Source of the DNA: Phoronis australis
Taxonomy: Eukaryota; Animalia; Phoronida
Assembly (NCBI GenBank): GCA_002633005.1
Contig: NMRA01000163.1
Span: 218,071 to 282,070 of the forward strand
Reading direction: 5' to 3'
Length of the DNA: 64,000 bases
The position numbers and the translations under genes were made by a program. Position 1 is the stretch's first letter. Every line of letters begins with the position of its first letter. This document shows, piece by piece, positions 24,401 through 34,099 of the stretch. Below the pieces are notes generated by a model, which saw only the letters and a list, made by a program, of their open reading frames with translations, made no database searches and was not told the DNA's origin.

Positions 24401-27400
24401 ATCGGTTCAACCGTGGCATCTCCATAGGAAATAATGTAATTAGCTCCTTGCTGTATGCTTACGACATTGCCTTACTCTCGTCACGTGAACGTGATAAGCA
24501 GGTCATGTTGGATCTTTTTGGAGGATGGAGCTGAATTTGAGTAAACTAAGTTAGGCATTTTTGTAAGCCTCGGGTGAGGCAGACCAACTTTGTCTTCAAT
24601 TATGCGAATACATAGCTCTCTATTGTAAGTCAGTATAAATATTTAGGTGTCCTTTATGATGAACATTTGCAATTTAAACAATCTGCTACCGCACTAGCTG
24701 CATCTGGTGGCCGTGCAGGTGGTCTCTTAAATTCAAGCACATGCGTGATGTTGGGTTGAAGACATACACCACAATATATAATGCGCGTGTTACCCCGATG
24801 TTTGATTAGTGTGCTGGTGTTTGGGGGGCAGGGGTTTTCCTCAGAGTGATTCAATACAAAATCGGGCCATTCGATACTTTCTTGGGATTCACAAATTTAC
24901 TCCAAGTGCGGCGACGAATGGAGATTATGGGGTGGATACCTACTATGTTAATAGGAAATTGTGTATATTACGGCTCTGGAATAGACTTATTTACATGCCT
25001 GATAATCGTCTCACAAAGCAAGTATTTTATTGGGACCTCACGTACAGAAAGGAAAATTGTTCAAAAATATCTTTCCAATTTTTTCTAAGGTTGATCAGAT
25101 TGAAACATTTTATCAAAGGTCAGCTTGTGATTTGGAAAATGCCAAAAATGAAACTGATGAATCTTCTCAGTCTGAATGGAGGGCGGAAATTTTTAGCAAA
25201 CCCAAGCTTAGAAGTTATAAATTATTTAAAACCAATTATCAAACAGAAGTTTCTTTAAAAATGAGCATTTCTAAAGAAAAGAGAACAATCTTTTCTCAAT
25301 TTAGATGTGGAGTATTGCCAATAAAAGTGGAAAGTGGCCGTTTCGGTATTTTTACTCCGGCTGAGGAGCGTCTGTGTGATTTTTTGTACCCCTCATGTGT
25401 AGCAGATGAAAGACATTTCCTGTGGTCGTGCTATCTCTACACTGATCTCAGAACCGAATTATTTGCAGACGTCATGTTGGTCTGCCCCTCATTCGATGAA
25501 CTAGAAATTCAGAAGCAGTTTGTTTTCCTGATGACTAACACCACTGCCAGTAAATTATTTATTAGTTTTATTTATAATGCCTTTCTCAGGAGAAGAATGT
25601 CGTTATTTTCTACTTAATTAATAATGATTGGGAAGGTGGGTCTGATTTACTTTTCTGTTCCTTTTTGTCATCGTATACATGTGTGCGTTGCCTTTTTGCA
25701 CGATCGCTTTGAAATGGTGACTTATAAGCACAAGTTGTGGTTGGATAGCAGTTGCTACAGATTACTAAAATAAATGATGATTGATTGATTCATTGATTGT
25801 TTGATAGACTGACAGGCATTTTGTAAAGTTTAGGCCTACATACGTCCAGTACAGTTTTCCATAATTCGGTCGTCCCATCCAGAAGTGGCTCCACAAATGC
25901 ACAACCGGCATTGTTAATGCAGACATCTACGCCACCTGTCAGGAAAGATTGAACAAAGTGTGAGGAAACATGTCATCCAGTTTTTCGTAGACGCAAGAAC
26001 CTTGCTGAGGATGATAGTGTGATCGCGCACTTAGCTTGCAGTACATGGCGATATCTCGCAAAGTTTTGCGAGCTATTGTTTTTGTTGTAAGAATCTACAG
26101 TAGGCCTAGGTCTACGGAACGTAGTCCAGCTAGCGTGCGTTCCAAAACTAAAAAGCTCACGAAATGCAAAATCACGTAGGGACTAATCATACTACCTTTA
26201 CTGGCAAGTTCTTGGCGTCAACAAAACTCTAGGTCCGAGATTCTAACTTGAAAATGACCAATCACATTGCACGTTTTGAATAAACTTACACATTTCTAGA
26301 CCTGGCCAAGCCACACGGGAGTGATTGCAAGTTGCGTGTTTGAATATGAGTCGTGTCCGAGTTCGGAGAATAGAGATTCTTAGGAATTGTGTAACATGAC
26401 CCGGTAAATATAAGATTTTTATCTAATGAATGACCAGATACCGAGGAATCTAGCTTTACATGCACCAGTTGACAGTTCGCACGGATATTTTCCAGGGTGC
26501 ACATTTCGAGAGAACAGGGGGATTCAGTGAACTGCAAATAAAAGCGTCCTATTCTGGTAACTTAGGTACAGGTGTGGATAGTATAGACTTTACTTCCGTC
26601 GCGAATACCAGCGAAGAACGTTTCACAGGCTGCGTTCCGAAGGCCCAAAAATCACACGAACACATACATGTAAGATCACGCTATATTTTTGTTAATTTTT
26701 CCTGCGTCTTCGGAACACACCTTAGCTTTCTGACGACTGTTTGTACATGTAAACAATTAGTTGGTGTAAAACGTTGCCAACACTTACCAAATTTTGCTTC
26801 AATTTCTTTAAACATTTCTAAGATATCTTCTTCTTTGGTAAGGTCACATTTCAGAGCTACAAGTTCGCCAGAAGAAGACTTCACGTCGATTTCTTGAGAG
26901 ATAGCCTTAATAAGAAATGAAAGCTATTGATAAAGCTTCGGCGACCATAGTGGGTAAGGTTAAAAAAGGCGGTGACTGCGCGAAATTAAAATTAAAGTGA
27001 TGCCACATGGGCTGAAAATTGCTGATCTGACAACTCTCAGAGCTCTCGGTTGCTACAAGTACAAGATTTCAGGAATCGACCCCACATCCGCCCACCTCCC
27101 GCCTGCTGTCATTGCATTTCATTTACTTTCTATCCGACCTGCGTCTGTGGCACCCTCCCTCAACCTTGGCTGCTCAACATTGAAATCACATGTACATTTA
27201 TTTGCCATACGAATTGAAACTTGGCGCTAGACGTCTTTCACGTCAATGGTTGGAGGTACATTCATTACATCCCCAGATACCGGTTCCCTCGTTTCTCAGA
27301 ATCCTGCTTCCTCTACGGCCGAGATTGTTTTCTTTAACTTATTATTACTTATATCAGACTTCGTCTTGGCAGGAATTTTTCTCTGAGAATACATGTATAC

Positions 27401-29489
27401 CGATACCATTTTTAAGCTATCACAAGAGGACACACTCCCGAGTGCAGGTGGTGCCGCGGGTTCGAATTTGGTAAGGTCAGTCGCTGACTATAAGATTTTA
27501 ACTTTCTCTTGTGGCAAAAAAACAACGCTTATGGAAGGAAATTAAATTCCATTATTCATAAATCGGATATCGTTGGCAAAGTACGACCTAAGTCCAATGT
27601 ATTTATCACAGGAATTATTCCAGGCATCCGATTGGTTGATTTATTCCTTTAATGAATATTTATTTCTGGACTAAATATTTATTACACTAATAAATATTTA
27701 TTACTGTAATTAGTCCTGGCTTCTGATTGGCTAAAGAATTATTACTGGAATAGATTGCGAATTATCACTGTAATGAATAGGACTTATGTCGCACTTGGCT
27801 TACGATATAAAGAACGCTCTCCCGGATAGGCCACCACACCGACGACGGACCGTAGAAATGTCGCTTCATTTGAGGAACACGCACAAGTTTAACTATTGTT
27901 CCCCTATCTTGTCGGTTTACAAACCGTAAGAGAAGCCGCCACCCGGTGAACCCATAGAACTATACAGTTGAATATACTGGCGACATCATGAAATGCACCA
28001 TGTGAATAGTTCAGCCATGTGGTGGACAGCTACTGCCAGTTCTCCGTTTTGTACGAGATTTCCCGCGTTTTTGATATATTCTTTGCGACCAACATCTGCC
28101 TAAATTGCTACTGTTCAGTGTACCTCGGTGCGATACTCAAATGGTTCTCATTAAAAATCCACCAAACATACAAGTATGAAGACATACAAAACTCATGCAA
28201 TGTATGCATGCATGACTGTACATGTGTGTGTGTAAATATATAATGTTCAGCAACAAGAAAGAACACGTTGTGAGAAACCCAACAGGTGGTAATTTACAGT
28301 GACCATGTCACCCATAGGGGCGTAACTTGTAGGGGTTGGCTGTCACTGGTGTGACAAGGCCAATAATTGTTAATTTAGATTGACAAACAAGGGAGAAGTT
28401 GGGGGGAGGAAGAAGGTTACCCTCTGACACAGCGCCACCTATACTGCAAATTTCGAGTAGCACTGTTATAGAGTGTAGGAAGAAGGTGGGTAAGAGCAGA
28501 AGACCGTTTTGCAAAAATGGTTTCATGTGGACTAGTGTTTGTTTGTGATAAATTAGTTGCACTGACCATGAATGTGGGGTTGAGTGTTTTTCCACGGGAC
28601 GTGCGCAAAACAGGAGAGGAATAATGAAGAGAAACGACACACAAGTTCGCGACCATGATTGCACTATAGCGTTTTAGCCATGGCGATAATCATGAACCTA
28701 AGGTTCAGTTCAACGTCATTCAGCAGTAACGTACGAACTTGTTGACGAAACAGGGCTGTCTATCTGTGACAATTTTTTTCATGGAGGTTATGCAGTTTTA
28801 AAATTTAACTTTACAATTTTCAGTGAAATCAACGGATTTCAGTTTAGCTCAGTTATGTGTTCAGCGCAGTTTCGTCATAAAGATATTAGTAAGTCCCTAG
28901 TAGTATGCCGTACATATGGCACAACGCAAGGCAGAGAAATTTTATTAATGAAAAAGACCTAGGCATTCAATTTTATCTTTTGGAGTAATGCTCATGAGGA
29001 AAACAACTCAGAAAGAAGACGTCGTCCTGAACGCCGCCACTGAGAATGGACCGATGAAACAAATTTAATACTCAGATACGTGTTTTGACAGCATTTGTGC
29101 TTTAACTATTAAGGGAACAAACTGATTGCAAGAGAAAATGACCCTTTCGAGGAGAGTTTTTAAAATATCTTTCTGGCTAAAACGTCTTGACTTACGGAGG
29201 GTTTGGCCAGACATTGTGGAAAGTTTGATAAATTACGTTCGACACCCTAAAAATAAAATTACTAGTTTCGCCCTTGGTCACCCCAGCTTTGCGCTACCAT
29301 TAGGCATGCTCCCGGAGGTTACCGGTTGAATAGCTCAAGTTCTGCCGTAAAGCTCACCTGTATTTTCTCCACATTTCTTGCGCAACCCACAACCTTCATG
29401 CCATGCTTTACCAACATACGCGCCGTAGCGGCTCCAATACCGACTGAGGCACCGGTAACCAGCGCTACTCGATCTTGCCAGCGTTCCAT
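18487..29489 (-). CDS. DHRS11: Dehydrogenase/reductase SDR family member 11-like, 255 aa, 8 exons
   Basis: Exons 29489-29358 (MERWQDRVALVTGASVGIG...), 26905-26788, 25935-25844 (VDVCINNAG), 23404-23310 (VNVLGLCICTRE...DDGHIINVS), 21866-21740 (LSGHRV...FYAATKFAV), 20992-20897 (LSPGLVETEF), 18892-18827 (LKPEDMAD) and 18528-18487 (IHDLLVRPTNQVS*). All introns are GT-AG and the exons total 768 nt in frame. TGxxxGIG, NNAG and YxxxK motifs are intact. Strict orthology versus a paralog was not tested. Confidence 0.93.
19660..20040. repeat. Diverged ~140 bp tandem repeat, three units, in DHRS11-like intron 6
   Basis: AG(C/T)TAGATCAA...GGTAA...AAAC recurs at about 19662, 19803 and 19941, and GCCAGACA recurs between these. 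Confidence 0.6.
20100..20520 (-). mobile_element. Old diverged copy of the HINE-like family
   Basis: The minus strand contains a ccgtccatccgtcc microsatellite plus ttttcggatggattcgactt and gatctttgttaaactctgcaagtgtattt, matching core units of 15621-16727. Confidence 0.6.
23467..25813 (+). mobile_element. 5'-truncated, frameshifted non-LTR retrotransposon (RTEX-like or CR1-group), antisense in DHRS11-like intron 3
   Basis: Broken RT ORF with PLNCKGISLLSCVYKIY, FVDMKKAFDRVD, LYAYD (degenerate YADD, about 24451) and YKYLG. The C-terminal part reads KLRSY...ESGRF...ERLC...DERHFLWSC. AATAAA and an (ATTG)n tail mark the 3' end. Candidate TSD AGGCATT at 23460-23466 and 25814-25820. Confidence 0.88.
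26628..26721. mobile_element. Short MITE with GG(C)TGYGTTCCGAAG inverted ends (Harbinger-like)
   Basis: ggctgcgttccgaagg ... cttcggaacacacc form an imperfect inverted pair. A related terminus is at 53582. Confidence 0.5.
27567..27808. mobile_element. Palindromic MITE
   Basis: An imperfect ~29 bp TIR (atatcgttggcaaagtacgacctaagtcc / ggacttatgtcgcacttggcttacgatat) surrounds an AT-rich core. Confidence 0.6.
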
Positions 29490-29824
29490 GAGTCCAAGAT
29501 TAATAGCTAAACCACGGCACAGAAGGTGGGGGTGTTAATCTATCTAAGAGTCGCCTGTCGACTGTGGGGCTGCACGTATGGTGTTATCTTAGTGTTATCG
29601 CTACAACTGACATGCCGACAGAGCACGTTGTACCATATACATATGGGTATTTTATATCAGTAAACTGTGCCGACTTTGCCTTAAGAAATAACCCGATTTT
29701 AAGTTCAAGTTTGTCCAGCGTCCAAAGGCGAAACTAAGAACTTCAACCATAGCAGCAACTAAGCCATGGACTCTCAAGGCCCTGTTATGCTAACCTGATA
29801 ACAGCCAGGCTATGCAAGAGTTAA

Positions 29825-31485
29825 AGGAGAATGCCACCCGATTTAATTAGTCTTTTTTGCCGTCTTAATCGGTCTATATCCACATCGCCTCGCATACGGT
29901 CGATCTTACCTTTCCAAGAGGTGTCGCGATAACCTGTGAGGAAGGTGAGAAACGACGCTAGTGACGTCAGTGGTTCATATGCAGAGTGAATGCCGCTATG
30001 TTGCGGTGCATCGTTCCCGCTTGTCCAAACTAAGCAGCTGCGAGGAAAGCGGATATATCGTTTTTTACTTCCTCGAAAGTCCGAAATGCTTAGGAAGTGG
30101 CTCATGGTAGTGAAGAATGAAATATACGCTGTAAATAGCATGTATGAGGACGTGAAACATTTCCGTGTCTGTGGCCTGCAGACGTCGAAAGTGCCTGACG
30201 AATGCCGGCTTACCAAATAACTCCACACGTTCCTTCGTCTGAGCTTGTTCGCGGCGCCTCTCTAGTATTTCTTCATCACTGTATTCCTGTTCGAATTGAT
30301 AACTTTGTAAAACTTAACGATCCACCTGCGAAGTCGGGACTGATGAGCTCTAGCTCGTCCTAAGTCGGGATAGCGAGTTGCCATGTTGGCGTTTATTACT
30401 GAGCGTTCTTTTTCAAAATGAACTATTCTCACCCTAACCAATACTTATATAAAACTGAAACAGAGTCTGCCTCATTAGATGCAGTGTTCGTGAGTGCAAA
30501 TGATTTGAGAAGCCAGCATTGAATAAATCACTGCGTTATCGCGGCTTTAGGTGCAATAAAACTAATTGACGGGACACCGTGGCCGTGTGAGCTCATGCTA
30601 ATTTAGTGTTTGCTGGCAGAAACTGTTGTGAAACAACTCGATTTCCATCCCACGGCCAGGTGTTAGGGGAATCTTTATTTACATTTACATTACTCAAATA
30701 ATGATTGTCAATGTAAAACTTCTGCCCTGACGTTGCTGTAGCCAAAGCGGAACACGACCTGAATTCGCGGTCCCCAACGAGTAAGTAGATTTGCAGTTTC
30801 GTGGCTAATTCACCAACATAATCAGATGCACATTACTTTGGCTCACTAGTATAGTATTTTTCATGACTGGAAGTTTAGTTTCCACTGAACTTTGGCTGGT
30901 TTATGTTCGTGATGTCTGATCAGTTTCCGAGCTACTGGCCGCCGGAGCGAGTTGATCCGGCCGGCCGCGACAGGCCTGATCGGACTTCGAGCCACTGGCC
31001 AGGATAACAAGCGTTTTGTGTTTAGAACTCAAAAAATCACAAGTCTAAACAACACAGATCTAGGTTCTCCTGTCTGTATCTCACGGAAAATACTTAGAAA
31101 TTATCTCCGAACTGGCCCCAAACTCCTGCTATATTGGTCTGTCGAAATTTGTAGGCTATGGTGTGTCCAATTACCAATAAATCCGTAAGAGCGAAATAAA
31201 ACAACACGTTTTTATAAGAACTCGGTGTATTTTTAAGGGTTTTACATCGAAGTTTGATGATTTATTGGTGTTAAATGATGACTTCAAGCGATAAGCTGAC
31301 ACCAGTAACCCGTGTTGTGAACTGCTGAACAGACTGCCTGTGAAACCGATGACGTCATTGGATATTTTTAACACCACCGTCTGCCGTCAGGTGTCAGGTA
31401 ACGCAACCGTACGTGTCGTTATGGAGTAGAACTACTCGATCTAAATTGATGCAAATAGGTTGTTTTTTTGGGATGGCATGCTCCT
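29825..31485 (+). mobile_element. Kolobok-type non-autonomous DNA transposon, copy B (1661 bp)
   Basis: TTAA at 29821-29824 and 31486-31489. TIRs AGGAGAATGCCACCC / GGATGGCATGCTCCT. Contains a THAP-like ORF at 29990-30220 (MPLCC...LP...LRKWL...RVCGL). Same orientation as copy A. Confidence 0.87.
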
Positions 31486-31906
31486 TTAAGAATGAATACC
31501 AAGGCAGACAACGACGCGCGGAGAGTACAGTATCATTCTTCAATTTTAGAATTTGAGAAGTTTCTATCATATGTGACACCGATATTCGAGCAGAAATCGA
31601 AGTTTATTCTGAAGCCAGTGCCCGGTCTCCAATCTTTTTACTCGAAATGGAACTCGAAATTAGGTTTGGCATTTTCTACTCTACTTTTGGGCGAAATCAA
31701 GATAAGTGTCTATTATTCTATGCTCTAGTACACAATAACTTACTTAGATAATTTATTGCCCTTAGTTCACAGTTTGTAAACCCAAAATTAAAGTTCGAGT
31801 TTGAACTCGAAATTTTGAGTTTTTGCTCGAGTTTGTAGCACAAATATAAGGGTCTTCAAGGGCAAACATAGCGATTTGTATCAACAGAGTCTGAAAACAA
31901 ACTTAA

Positions 31907-32462
31907 AGGAGACTGCCACCCATAAAACAACCTATTTTGTATCAATTTAGATCGAGTAGTTCTACTCGATAACGGCAGGTTCGGTTACGTTACCTGACAC
32001 CTGGCGGCAGACGGAGGTGTTGAAATTATCCAATGACGTAATTGGTTTCACACGCAGTCTGTTCATTAGTTCACAACACGGGTTAGTGGTGTCAGCTTAT
32101 CGCCGGAGTTCATCATTTAGCACCAATAAATCATCAATCTTCGATATAAAACCCTTACAAATACCCCCGAGTTCTTATAAAAACGTGTTGTTTTATTTCG
32201 CTGTTACGGATTTACTGGCAATTGGACACACCGTAGCCTACAAAGTTCGGCAGGCCAATTTACCAAGGTCAGTAGCAGGAGTCGGGGGGTCTGTTGGGAG
32301 ATAAATTTGAGGTATTTTTCCGTGAAATACAGACAGGAGAACCTAGATCTGTGTTCTTTATACTTGTGATTATTTGAGTTCTAAACACACAAAACGCTTG
32401 TTATCCCGGCCAATTGCTCGGAACCCGTCGCGGCCGGACTGACTAGTTATCCCGGCCAGTGG
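31907..32462 (-). mobile_element. Kolobok-type element, copy D (right-end ~555 bp fragment, inverted)
   Basis: TTAA (31903-31906) + AGGAGACTGCCACCC, followed by the reverse complement of the last ~560 bp of copies A-C. Truncated at about 32462. Confidence 0.85.
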
Positions 32463-32483
32463 ATCAATGCTACGCCACCCATG

Positions 32484-32556
32484 GTGTATGGGCGGTGCAA
32501 CACAGGGGGGCTTGGGGGCTATAGCCTCCCAGTTTTTTCAGAGCTGCGCCGCCCAT
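32484..32556. mobile_element. Small hAT-like MITE between Kolobok copy D and the HINE copy
   Basis: tatgggcggtgca ... tgcgccgcccatg inverted ends around a G/C-rich core with an internal ggctatagcc palindrome. Confidence 0.5.
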
Positions 32557-33107
32557 GTATTAAATTTAGCAAAGATCCTGCTAATGGTTTAGAAGATACA
32601 GCCATGGGCGCAAAAAATAAAACTGTCACTAAGAGGTGCCACAGTAGTTGAAGTTGTCGGAATGTCATCGTCAACTTCGTAGTAAAAACATACTTCACAA
32701 TTTTCACAATCATCCTTTGAGCGGTTTGGTTGATAGAGGGGTGGACGCCAAAAACAGACCCGAAAACAGCAAAAAATGGCCCCTAAGTTGCGCAGACTAC
32801 GTCGAATCCACCCAAAAACGGGAGGATAGCGTCATCTCACTAATGGATGCCTATATGCCAAATTGCTTTTGAAAATATAGAAGTAAACGTAAAAAAATAA
32901 AATTGCGACTATGGGGCACACTTGTAGTCGATCCGTCCGAAAGTAGCGCTCATGCCTTCCCATCCATGAAAGGAACATAAAGTAATATGTGCAAAATTTC
33001 ATGACCGTACGCCAAAGGGTTTTGGATATGGAGCAACGGACCCCGGACGGAAGGACGGAGATGACAGCATAATGCCGTCCGCATATAAATATGTGGACGC
33101 ATAAAAA
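32557..33107 (-). mobile_element. HINE-like element, reverse copy (5' part)
   Basis: Reverse complement of about 15621-16200, including the terminal hairpin, microsatellite and first core units. Confidence 0.75.
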
Positions 33108-33440
33108 GGCATTATTTCTGGATGAAAATCCGAAACTTGTTTTGTTTATGTATGTATCTTTGTATATACGTGATGACAGGGCTTACTGCAAATGAAACTT
33201 GTTCTATTACACTTCAATTTTTCAATCTACTCTGTAATCAGTTGGGCCATCACGGAAAACACAGAGACACACAATATCGCTTTCAGTGTTTATCCAGAAC
33301 CCAGCAATATCTATCAAGCACTCCAGTTGCCTCAAGGTTTTTGCGCCATTAGACTTCCACATGTTTTTGGTTGTTGTATGCTTCGAACAAAGGTTTGCGC
33401 ATTTTTCTCTGCTGCATTACTCTCAGTGTTCGTTCACCCA

Positions 33441-33700
33441 ATGTTAATCAAGTATAGCTGCTACGCTGTGGACTGCACCTCCGACGGGAGAAAGTTGGGT
33501 AAATTGGACAAATATCCGTATCCGTGGATGTGTAGTGTTCAGAATTGAGATCTTCGCCTTCCCAATATTAATACACGGCAATAAAATGCGGAGCTAGTGG
33601 AGGAAACAAGTTCGACTGGTTAATGTTGAACCGAATAGAATCCCCATTCTTGAAGATATCCTTTCAGTTCCGGTACTTTTGAACGGTTGAAATCGGAAAT
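33441..33700 (+). pseudogene. Decayed THAP-domain ORF (transposon remnant of a second family)
   Basis: MLIKYSCYAVDCTSDGRK..., then after a frameshift EIFAFP...MRS*WRKQVRLVNVEP...SVPVL. This follows the THAP C-x4-C, FP, W and AVPTLF-like layout but contains stops. Confidence 0.55.
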
Positions 33701-34099
33701 ATTTCGACAACCATACAACTCGACGGTTTCTGGCAAAGCCTGTGAAAACGTGACTAACGTTTTATTAACTCTGGGACAGAGTAGGGCATTTAGTCTATCG
33801 CAAAGTAATCCGGAACGGTCCTGTTGCCTCTGATAAAAACACTCTCTTCATGTAACGCATATTCTTGATTTGTCAAATTCTCTTGGCAATATTTGGTAGA
33901 TAACACATCCTTGAACGTTTTGGTCATCCATCGTAACATCCGGAACAGCTCAGGGAAGGCGCACAAGTACTTGATGTTGCAAATGCTGTCCTCATTATTG
34001 AACATTCCAGCTACAGCTCAACACCATACCGCATATCAGCCAGACACGAGGTAAATGCAACAATTTTGGCTTTTTCACAAACAACTACTTTGTTGTTTA

